Source: an uncultured Caldilineales bacterium
GTDB taxonomy: Bacteria > Chloroflexota > Anaerolineae > J102
NCBI GenBank assembly: GCA_964650295.1
Contig: CAZYSY010000095.1
Span: forward strand, 74-64,073
Direction: 5' to 3'
DNA: 64,000 nucleotides
Position numbers and translations under genes: made by a program. This document shows positions 19,001-26,900 of this stretch, in pieces. How positions within the stretch are numbered: the stretch's first letter is position 1; each line of letters begins with the position of its first letter. The notes below the pieces were generated by a model. That model was not told the origin of the DNA and ran no database searches. It saw only the letters and a program-made list of their open reading frames with translations.

Positions 19001-22000
19001 GGTATTGCAAGTCATGCCCGGCTCTGAGTTTGCCATTTTTGATGAAAGCCGTTTCACCATACGCCCGGGCGTACAGGCAGATATTGACGCTCTGATTCGA
19101 CATCTGGATGAGCGCAACCAGCTTCCCAAAACCATCGTCATTGCCTGGAATCGAGCCGACGCCGATTTCAACGAAGCCCGTCAGCGTGGCGTCACCACCC
19201 TTACCTCTCTGGCACGCGCCCTATATCAGCGCGGCATTACCCAACAACTACAGCTGGTTTTCATTGGCCATCACGCGCTCGACTTCTCCAGCCTTTCCCA
19301 AATCCATCCTTTTCAGGCCATGGCTCTGGGACCATGTAGGGTGGTCGCCGAGGAGTTCTCCAACATCCGGTGTCGTTTTCTCGATGTGACCATTCCTGAC
19401 GGCTCAGAAGCACGATTAAAATTGGCACGAAAAATCGCACTCGACATCCTCAACTCGCACGATCCTGTGGTGGTCTATCGAGGGGGGCGGCGCTGGGTGC
19501 AGACCTTCGAACCTTTGTCACCTCAGGAAAGCGCCGAGGCGCGTTTGCGTTCACGCGGCGTCTACCTCATCACCGGCGGTCTGGGCAACATGGGCTTGCT
19601 GTTTGCCCGCTATCTGGCCCAAAAGGTGCAGGCTCGACTGATTTTGGTGGGCCGGACGCCACTGCCCCCGCGGCAAGATTGGGAATCCTGGTTGGATCGC
19701 TCCCAACCTGACGATGTTCTCGCTCAACGCATTCGTACTGTGCGCGAGTTAGAAAGTCTGGGCGCGGAAGTGTTGACTTTTGCCGCCGACGTGGCGGATG
19801 AAAGCGCCATGCGTCATGTGCTGGATGCTGCCCTGGCCCACTTTGGCGTTCTGCATGGCGTACTGCACGCTGCTGGCGTGGTGGGCCTGGACGCGTTGAC
19901 GCCATTAGCCGAGACCGCCGAAGAAGTGTGCGCGCGGCATATCCGGGCCAAGGTGTTGGGCAGTCTCAATCTGGCGCATCTGCTGGAAGACCAGCATCTC
20001 GACTTCGTCTTGCTTCAATCCTCCCTTTCCACGGTGCTGGGTGGATACGGCATGACCGCTTATGCCGCGACCAACGCCTTCATGGATTCTCTGGCCGCGC
20101 GTGAATTTTACCGCACCGGCACCCCCTGGATGAGCATCGACTGGGATGGGTGGGCCTTTGATGACGGCGGCATGAACAATGTCTCTCTGGGCGCTTCTGA
20201 ACTGGCCATCTTACCTGATGAAGGGCTGGAAGTGCTGGAGCATCTTCTGGCGTATGACGATTTGCCTCAAGTGGTGGTCTCTACTGCCGACTTGCAGGCC
20301 CGGCTGCAAAAGCTGGAGTCGATGAAAACCGGGCCGGAAGAAAGTCTGGATGAGGATGAGGATGGGGGAGAGGATTCACCATCAGAGATGCATCCTCGCC
20401 CAGACCTCGACACGCCTTTTGTCGAACCCACCACTAAACTCGAAAAAGAAATCGCCAGTTTGTGGGAGCAAACCCTGGGCATTGCTCCGGTAGGGTTGCA
20501 CGATGATTTTTTCGCTCTGGGAGGACATTCGCTACTGGCCACCCAGATCGTCTCCCGTTTGAGGGACGCCTATAAGGTTAATCTGCCTTTGCGACGTTTG
20601 TTCGAAGCGCCCACCATCGCTGGGTTGGCCCGCCTGATCCAGGCCGAAAGTGAACAGGTCGAGGGGAAGCCAGCGTTTTCCTCGACCATCCAGCCCGTAC
20701 CCAGGCAGAAATACATGCCCCTCTCGCCAGGACAGCAGCGCCTGTGGTTCCTGGATCGACTGGACCCAGGCGCGCCGCTCTATAACAACTTTTCCGCCAT
20801 CAAACTGCAGGGTGAGATTTCAACTCCCTTGCTGGAGCAAAGCCTTAATCTCATTGTGCAGCGACACGAGATTTTGCGCACCACCTTTCACGAAGTCGGC
20901 GGCAAGCCGGTGCAACACATCCATGATGAGATGCCCATCCACCTGCCCATGCGCGATCTCAGCGAAATGTCGTCCGCGACTCGCGAAGAATGGATTCTGC
21001 AGTTGGCCGCGAATCACGCCCGTCAGCCCTTCGATCTCAGCCAGGGGCCCTTGCTGCGGGCTGAGGCGTTGCGCCTGGCTGCGGATGAACACATCATCTT
21101 TTTTACCATGCATCATATCGTCTCCGATGGTTGGTCGGTGGCAGTGATGCTGGAAGAGCTGACCGCCATCTATCGGGCGTTGGCCGCAGGCGTTGATCCC
21201 GATCTGCCTCCTTTGCCCATCCAGTATGTCGATTTCGCCGCCTGGCAATTGACACGAGTGCGTTCCGACTTTATCGCCGAACAAATCGCATGGTGGCAGG
21301 AGCAATTGGCCCATCTCGAGCCGCTGGAACTTCCTACCGATCGCCCCCGTCCACCTGTTCAAACCTCCCATGGAGCGGTGGAATGGTTCCAACTCCCCGA
21401 TGAAACCTATCGGCAACTGTCGCACCTGGCACAGCAGCAAGGCGTGACCACGTTTATGATATTGTCCGCGGGATTGGCCGCGCTTTTACATCGCTACACC
21501 ATGCAAGATGACATCACATTGGGCACGCCCATTGCCAATCGCACCCGGGTCGAAACCGAGGGACTTATCGGTTTTCTGCTCAACACCCTGGTGCTAAGGA
21601 CCGATTTGGCGGGGGATCCCAGTTTTGGCGAATTGCTGGCGCGGGTGAAGCAAACTACCATAGATGCGTATGAACATCAGGACGTTCCTTTCGAGATGTT
21701 GGTGGATGCATTACAACCCGCACGGGACATGAGCCGCACGCCTCTCTTTCAGGTAATGATTGACTTTCAGCAGGCGCAACTTTCCCGTTTCCAATGGCCT
21801 GGGCTCACACTCTCGCTACTACGCTACGACGATGCCACAGCCAAATTCGATATGACGTTTTCGTTGGAAGAATCTCCACAGGGCATTGCTGGTTCTCTCA
21901 ATTATAACACCGATCTGTTCGATAGGAGAACCGCGCGGCAGATGGTGAAACATTACATCCGTCTCCTCAAGACCGTAGTGAATTCGCCCGACCTGCGCAT

Positions 22001-23975
22001 CTCGCAATTGCCTTTGCTGGATGAAGATGAACTGGCTCGTCTGGACGCGTGGGGCGGGCTGGACGCGTCCGCGCATGATGCCGCCGCGCCCGATCTGCTG
22101 CAACAATTCGCGGCCCAGGTCGCTGCTCGTCCCCACGCCCAGGCCGTGGTGCAAGAGGATGTGGCGCTAACCTATGCGCAGCTCGAAGCCCGCGCCAACC
22201 AGATCGCCCATGCTTTGTTGAGTAGAGGCGTGAAGCCAGAGCAGGTTGTCGGCCTGTTCCTGGAGCGCACGCCCGAGCTCATCGCCGCCATCATGGGCGT
22301 CCTCAAAGCTGGCGCCGCCTTTGTCGTTCTCTCAGCCGATTATCCCGCAGAGCGGACGCGCTTCATCCTTCAGGACGCTCAGGTGAAGGTGGCGCTTGGT
22401 GAGCAACCAGCTTTCGCCGTGCCGGAACCTCAACCACCGGCCACTTTGCCCCAATACATCACCCCGGATGACACGCTGGACCAGCCATCTACGCCTCCGG
22501 CACTCACCCCCTTCCCCAAAAGTGCGGCTTACATCATCTACACCTCGGGCACTACGGGCCAGCCCAAGGGGGTTGTGGTGGAGCGGGATGCGCTCTCCCG
22601 GCACATCGCCAGCATTGCCCGAGCGTTTGGCGTCACCTCTGGAGATCGGGTTTTGCAATTTGCGGCGCTCACGTTTGATCAAGGCTTGGAGCAGGTTTTT
22701 GTCACGCTCACCACGGGCGCAACCCTGGTGATGCGTGGGGATGAGGTGTGGCCTCCGGAGGATTTTGCCCGGGTGGTGCAGCAAAATCAGCTCTCGGTCA
22801 TCAATTTGCCTCCAGCCTATCTGAGTCAAGTGATGCGCGTTTGGGGAGAAGAAAATCCTCGTGATTTGGTGGGTGACCTGCACCTCATCATTTCGGGCGG
22901 CGATGCTCTGCCTCGGGAGATTGTGAAAATTTGGCGGCGGGTGTTGCCTGAAGTGCGACTCATCAATGCTTATGGCCCCACCGAGGCTGTCATCACCGCC
23001 ACCACCCACGACATTCCTACGCATGCTGTCGAGGATGAGGCTTTGTTTGGCGCTTTGCCCATCGGACGGCCTGTCTCTCCGCGCACTGCAGTCATTCTCG
23101 ATGACTATGGCAATCGCACCCCCATTGGTGTGCCCGGCGAATTGTGTTTGGGCGGCGCTGCCCTGGCCCGGGGCTATCTCCACCGCCCCGCCATCACCGC
23201 CCAGGCTTTTCAGCCAGATGTTTGGAGCAGCAAGGCGGGAGCGCGGCGCTATCGCACTGGTGATCTGGCTCGCTTCCGTGCGGATGGCGTCATCGAATTT
23301 CTGGGACGCATCGATCGTCAGATAAAGATGCGAGGTTTCCGCATCGAGCCCGGAGAGATCGAAGCGGCGTTGCATCAACATCCGGCCATCGATGTGGCTG
23401 TGGTGCAGCTGGTCTCGCGGGAGCCTGATGATAAAATTATGGCAGCCTACATCCATCGCGCTTCAGGAGATTTGCCCTCTGTGGCGCAGTTGCACGAATA
23501 TCTCAAAACGCGTTTGCCCCATTACATGATCCCTGGCGTTTTTGTGCCGCTCACAGAGCTTCCACTGACCCGCAGCGGCAAAATCGACTATCGGGCGTTA
23601 CCCCCGGTGGATGAAGGACACCGTTTGCACCACGGCCAGGAGTATGTGGCTCCGTCAACGCCTGTGGAAGAGGACTTGGCCCGTATCTGGGCTGAGGTGC
23701 TAGGCCTGGAGCAGGTTGGCGTCCACGACAATTTCTTCGAGCTGGGCGGGCATTCATTGCTGGCTACCCAGATCGCCTCTCGCATGCGTGAGCTTTATGA
23801 TGTGGAAATTCCTTTACGCTCCCTGTTTGCATCGCCCACCATTGCCCAGCTGGCTGCAATCATCACCGAAGCCATGCTGGAGCAAGCGACCGATGAGGAT
23901 ATGGCTGATTTGTGGGAGCAACTGGATGATCTTTCTGAGGAAGAATTGATGCGTCTTTTGCAAGAGGATGATTGA
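16089..23975 (+). CDS. Hybrid PKS-NRPS: KS-AT-KR-CP (M4) fused to C-A-PCP (M5)
   Basis: 2628-aa ORF preceded by 'aggag' 7 nt upstream. Acidic N-terminus 'MNDSGFSESHDYNDQEIDHGYD'. KS 'QTACSTSLVAVH'. AT 'GHSIGEY' and 'SHAFHSAMM'. KR 'YLITGGLGNMG' and 'YAATNAFMD'. PCP-like carrier 'FFALGGHSLLATQIVSRL'. C 'HHIVSDGWS'. A 'YIIYTSGTTGQPKGV'. PCP 'FFELGGHSLLATQIASRM'. Acidic tail 'LSEEELMRLLQEDD'. Confidence 0.95.
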   Translation: MNDSGFSESHDYNDQEIDHGYDIAVIGLAGRFPGAETIEEFWQNLIQGAESIQFFTREEMEAAGVDSKLLEHPQYVNAGGHLDGADRFDSSFFGFYPREADILDPQHRIFLEVAWEAIERAGYNPDIYKEPIGVFAGMSMGSYLYFNLMHNRLIRKTVQPYQLPMSSDKDFLTTRVSYKLNLKGPSVDVQTACSTSLVAVHLACQSLLNYECDMALAGGVSIRIPQKSGYLYQEGGILSPDGHCRPFSADARGTVSGEGAGVVVLKRLEDALRDGDTIYAVIKGTAINNDGAGKVGYTAPSVDGQAKVIASAQVLAGVAPFEISYIEAHGTGTMLGDPIEIEALSQVFREHTDEKQFCAIGSVKANIGHLDAAAGVAGLIKTVLALQHRQLPPSINFTAPNPQIDFAGSPFYVQEKLTDWTTDRLPRRAGVSSFGMGGTNAHAILEEAPQRPASGPSRAWQLITLSARTPAALEQITDNFAIYLQQHPQVNLADAAYTLKLGRKTFKYRRMLVAQTSAEVIAAIENRDGERISDAVEEFEGRPVAFMFSGQGAQYVNMARDLYQTEPIFAEQVDRCAHLLLPHLQLDIRSLIFPPAEKEDEASEKLRQTQYTQPALFIIEYGLAQLWMHWGVQPAAMIGHSIGEYVAATLAGVFSLEDALALVSARGKLMQALPGGAMLSVQLSEAEIRPWLETDSRLALAAINTPGLVAVSGPFDAIDTLEQALEQAGHGVRRLHTSHAFHSAMMQPILEPFAQLVAQAAPKPPTTRFISNVTGDWITAEQATDPTYWARHLRQTVRFADGVGQLLADSVMALLEIGPGNTLTRLAGWHPAAGKTRIILASLRHPRTQQQDQAFLLRTLGQMWLAGISLDWQAFYENERRYRIPLPTYPFQRQRHWIKPDMRELENVGGEMELMLSKRQPPETWLYAPSWRRAPLPGNLPRGDHISAPWLIFRDELGDPMLMTLLQAGYPVLQVMPGSEFAIFDESRFTIRPGVQADIDALIRHLDERNQLPKTIVIAWNRADADFNEARQRGVTTLTSLARALYQRGITQQLQLVFIGHHALDFSSLSQIHPFQAMALGPCRVVAEEFSNIRCRFLDVTIPDGSEARLKLARKIALDILNSHDPVVVYRGGRRWVQTFEPLSPQESAEARLRSRGVYLITGGLGNMGLLFARYLAQKVQARLILVGRTPLPPRQDWESWLDRSQPDDVLAQRIRTVRELESLGAEVLTFAADVADESAMRHVLDAALAHFGVLHGVLHAAGVVGLDALTPLAETAEEVCARHIRAKVLGSLNLAHLLEDQHLDFVLLQSSLSTVLGGYGMTAYAATNAFMDSLAAREFYRTGTPWMSIDWDGWAFDDGGMNNVSLGASELAILPDEGLEVLEHLLAYDDLPQVVVSTADLQARLQKLESMKTGPEESLDEDEDGGEDSPSEMHPRPDLDTPFVEPTTKLEKEIASLWEQTLGIAPVGLHDDFFALGGHSLLATQIVSRLRDAYKVNLPLRRLFEAPTIAGLARLIQAESEQVEGKPAFSSTIQPVPRQKYMPLSPGQQRLWFLDRLDPGAPLYNNFSAIKLQGEISTPLLEQSLNLIVQRHEILRTTFHEVGGKPVQHIHDEMPIHLPMRDLSEMSSATREEWILQLAANHARQPFDLSQGPLLRAEALRLAADEHIIFFTMHHIVSDGWSVAVMLEELTAIYRALAAGVDPDLPPLPIQYVDFAAWQLTRVRSDFIAEQIAWWQEQLAHLEPLELPTDRPRPPVQTSHGAVEWFQLPDETYRQLSHLAQQQGVTTFMILSAGLAALLHRYTMQDDITLGTPIANRTRVETEGLIGFLLNTLVLRTDLAGDPSFGELLARVKQTTIDAYEHQDVPFEMLVDALQPARDMSRTPLFQVMIDFQQAQLSRFQWPGLTLSLLRYDDATAKFDMTFSLEESPQGIAGSLNYNTDLFDRRTARQMVKHYIRLLKTVVNSPDLRISQLPLLDEDELARLDAWGGLDASAHDAAAPDLLQQFAAQVAARPHAQAVVQEDVALTYAQLEARANQIAHALLSRGVKPEQVVGLFLERTPELIAAIMGVLKAGAAFVVLSADYPAERTRFILQDAQVKVALGEQPAFAVPEPQPPATLPQYITPDDTLDQPSTPPALTPFPKSAAYIIYTSGTTGQPKGVVVERDALSRHIASIARAFGVTSGDRVLQFAALTFDQGLEQVFVTLTTGATLVMRGDEVWPPEDFARVVQQNQLSVINLPPAYLSQVMRVWGEENPRDLVGDLHLIISGGDALPREIVKIWRRVLPEVRLINAYGPTEAVITATTHDIPTHAVEDEALFGALPIGRPVSPRTAVILDDYGNRTPIGVPGELCLGGAALARGYLHRPAITAQAFQPDVWSSKAGARRYRTGDLARFRADGVIEFLGRIDRQIKMRGFRIEPGEIEAALHQHPAIDVAVVQLVSREPDDKIMAAYIHRASGDLPSVAQLHEYLKTRLPHYMIPGVFVPLTELPLTRSGKIDYRALPPVDEGHRLHHGQEYVAPSTPVEEDLARIWAEVLGLEQVGVHDNFFELGGHSLLATQIASRMRELYDVEIPLRSLFASPTIAQLAAIITEAMLEQATDEDMADLWEQLDDLSEEELMRLLQEDD
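16152..17435 (+). other. Ketosynthase domain, M4 (accepts an aminoacyl/peptidyl chain from the upstream PCP)
   Basis: 'DIAVIGLAGRFPG', 'QTACSTSLVAVH', 'EAHGTGTMLGDPIE', 'KANIGHLDAAAG', 'FGMGGTNAHAILEEAP'. Confidence 0.9.
17718..18715 (+). other. Acyltransferase domain, M4, malonyl-type
   Basis: 'VAFMFSGQGAQYVNM', 'GHSIGEYVAATLAG', 'TSHAFHSAMM'. Confidence 0.85.
19558..20160 (+). other. Ketoreductase catalytic subdomain, M4
   Basis: 'GVYLITGGLGNMGLLFARYL', 'LHAAGVVGLD', 'GMTAYAATNAFMD'. The region 18870-19550 looks like the KR structural subdomain. There is no DH or ER motif. Confidence 0.85.
20440..20640 (+). other. Carrier domain, M4 (PCP-like sequence in a PKS module)
   Basis: 'LWEQTLGIAPVGLHDDFFALGGHSLLATQIVSRL'. 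Confidence 0.8.
20712..22010 (+). other. Condensation domain, M5
   Basis: 'MPLSPGQQRLWFLDRLDP' and 'FTMHHIVSDGWS'. Confidence 0.9.
22096..23605 (+). other. Adenylation domain, M5; code DQENIGAITK (unassigned; nearest recalled code is Orn DMENLGLINK)
   Basis: Anchors: 'LTFDQGLEQ', 'SVINLPPA', 'LIISGGDA', 'INAYGPTEAVIT', 'SGKIDY'. Confidence 0.8.
23668..23865 (+). other. PCP domain, M5
   Basis: 'IWAEVLGLEQVGVHDNFFELGGHSLLATQIASRM'. Confidence 0.85.
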
Positions 23976-23986
23976 GAGTTGATTCT

Positions 23987-26900
23987 ATGAGCAAGAAGCT
24001 GCAAGATTTGTCTCCCGAAAAACGGGCGCTTTTAGAAAAATGGCTGAAGAAGAAAGCCATGGCCCGACGTCAGGCCCAAGCCATCACCCCGCGCCCTGAT
24101 CCCAATGAATATCCCCTTTCGTTTGGACAGCAGCAGTTGTGGTTTTTCGACCAACTGGAGCCAAACAGCTCCCTCTACAACATTTCGGGGGCAGTGCGAT
24201 TGCGCGGGACGTTAGATCGCCAGGCCTTGGCCCGTAGTATGAATCAGGTGGTGCAACGGCATGCGGTGCTGCGGGCCCGTTTTATTACAAAAGATGGCGA
24301 ACCTCGCCAGATCATCGCACCGGAACTTTCACTCCCACTGGCTTATGAGGATTTGCGCCATCTGCCTCCGGCGCAACGCGAAGCCCAGGCGCTGGCGATG
24401 GCCACCACCGAGGCTCAACGTCCTTTCGATCTGGCCAATGGCCCTTTGCTGCGGGCCATGCTGTTACAACTGGACGCACAGGAGCACATGGTGGTTGTCT
24501 CCATGCACCACATCGTAGCGGATGGCTGGTCGATTGGCATCTTCTTGCGAGAGATGGCTTTGCTCTATGACGCCTATGTGCAGGGACGTAATCCCGACCT
24601 GCCCTCTCTGCCCATCCAGTATGCAGATTACGCCCACTGGCAGCGGCAGCAGTTGCAAGGGGCGAAGTTAGATGAGCAGCTACAGTACTGGGAAAAACAA
24701 CTCTCTGGCATTCCTCCCCTGCTAGAACTACCCACCGATCATCCCCGCTCCGCGATTCTTTCGCATCAGGGCTCGCATTACCAGTTTCGACTTCCATCTC
24801 AGCTGACCGCTCAACTCAAGGCGTTGAGTCGCTCCCAGGGGGTCACCTTTTTTTCCACCTTGCTGGCGGCATATAGCGTTCTTCTTCATCGCTACTCCCG
24901 TCAGGACGATTTGGTGGTGGGGACGCCCTTTGCCCATCGCGACAAGACCGAGCTGGAAAACCTCATCGGCTATTTCGTCAATATGCTGGCTTTGCGCACC
25001 GATCTCGCTGGCAATCCCACCTTCCGCGAATTGTTGGGGCGGGTGCATCAGGTGGTGCAGGAGGCGCAAGAGCATCAGGATTTGCCCTTTGAGATGTTGG
25101 TTTCCCACATACAGCCCCGTCGCGATCCTGGTGTTAGCCCCATTTTTCAGGCAGCGCTGGTATTTCAGCAGGCATTGCCCCGGTTGCAGCTGGGAGAATT
25201 GGAGATGGAGCTGATTGCTACCGATATTGGCACGGCCAAGGTGGACCTTTCGCTGGTGGTGGAGGAGGATGCCGAGGGGATGCGCTGCGCTTTTCGCTAT
25301 CGCACGGACCTATTCGCCGCCAGCACCATGGCCCGCATGGCCCGCCATTTTATCCATCTGCTGCAAAGCATTGTCCAAAATCCCGATACGACTGTGGCTC
25401 GTCTACCCTTGATGGGGGCCGAGGAGCGGCAATTGTTGTTGGAAAAGTGGCGGGGATTTTCCATAGATTACGGGCCAACGTTAGCCATCCAGCAGCTTTT
25501 CGAAGAGCAAGCCGCACTGACGCCAGAGGCTGTCGCTCTGGAATTTGTTCCCCTTTCCCCAACCTGCCCTTATCCTCCGACTTATATGACGTATGCCGAA
25601 CTCAACCGGCGCGCCAATCAACTCGCTCATTATTTGCGTGATCTGGGGGTAGGGCCCGAGATCCTGGTGGGGCTGCAAATGCAACGCTCACCCGAGATGC
25701 TGGTGGGAATGTTGGGCATTCTCAAGGCGGGAGGCGCTTATTTGCCCCTAGACCCTGATTATCCAGCGGAACGCATTCGTTACATGATCGATGATTCGGG
25801 CGTGCAGATCGTCGTGACCAACATGGCTGTCACGAGCGAGGATGCTTCTGGCATACACTATGTCCATTGTCATGCTTCTGAGCTGGATAGCCAGCCTGAG
25901 ACCAATCCTGAGCCACTCACTCGCCCTGAACATCTGGCGTATGTCATCTACACCTCCGGCTCCACTGGTCAGCCTAAGGGTGTGGAGGTGTTGCAGCGGG
26001 GGCTCATCAATCATGCTCGCAGTCTGGCGAATATTTATGATTTGGGCGTGGGAGATCGGGTATTACAGTTCATTACCCTGAGTTTCGACGCCGCAGGTGA
26101 GGAAATTTATCCCGCGCTCATCTCTGGCGCCACGTTGGTGCTCATCAGCTCCGCGGCTGAGCTGGTAGGCGGGCGCTTGTTGCACTTCTGCGCTGCCCAT
26201 GACATTCATGTGCTGCATTTGCCAGCGTCTATTTGGCATCAGAGCGTGGATGACATGGCAGGCGCAGCACCGCTGGATTTATCTTTGCGAGTGCTGCTGG
26301 TGGGAGGCGAAAGGCCAGATCTAACCCGTCTGCGCACCTGGGCCCGGCTGCACCGTCATCCCGCCCGCTTCATCAACGCCTATGGCCCAACCGAGAGCAC
26401 CATCACTGCACTCTGGTTCGAGACTGCCAGCACACCTCAGATGGTAGACGCGCTGGAACTGATTCCGGTAGGACGGCCACTGCCTAATGTTCATGTTTAT
26501 ATTTTGGATGAAGCAATGCAGCCTGTACCTATTGGCGTGCCCGGCGAGCTGTATATTGGTGGTGTGGGCGTAGCTCGAGGATATTTGGGCCGACCACAAC
26601 TCACTTCCGAACGTTTTCTGCCCGATCCTTTTCTCTCATATCCCGGGGCCCGAATTTACAAGACTGGCGATTTGGCCCGCTGGTTGCCCAATGGTTACAT
26701 CGAATTCATGGGGCGGGTGGATGAACAGGTGAAAATCCGCGGCTTTCGCGTAGAGCTGGGTGAGATCGAAAGCGCTTTGGTCCTTTTATCTGCAGTGAAA
26801 GAGGCGGCTGTAACAGCGCGCGTGGACGATGGGCATCAACGTCTGGTGGCGTATGTCGTTCCTGCCCATGATTCGCTCGTCATCGATCAGGTGCGAGAAG

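Noticed and set aside
19558-20160. Stereochemical (A-type/B-type) call for the M4 KR and hence the configuration of the statine-like hydroxyl
   Set aside because: The diagnostic region reads 'HAAGVVGLDALTPL'. Its register relative to the LDD motif is ambiguous by eye, so a proper profile alignment is needed.
23972-23986. TTG start proposed by the ORF track for the 23972-33097 NRPS
   Set aside because: It overlaps the upstream stop codon and adds only 'MRVDS'. ATG 23987 yields the conserved 'MSKKLQDLSPEKR' N-terminus seen again at 39855. The TTG start cannot be formally excluded.
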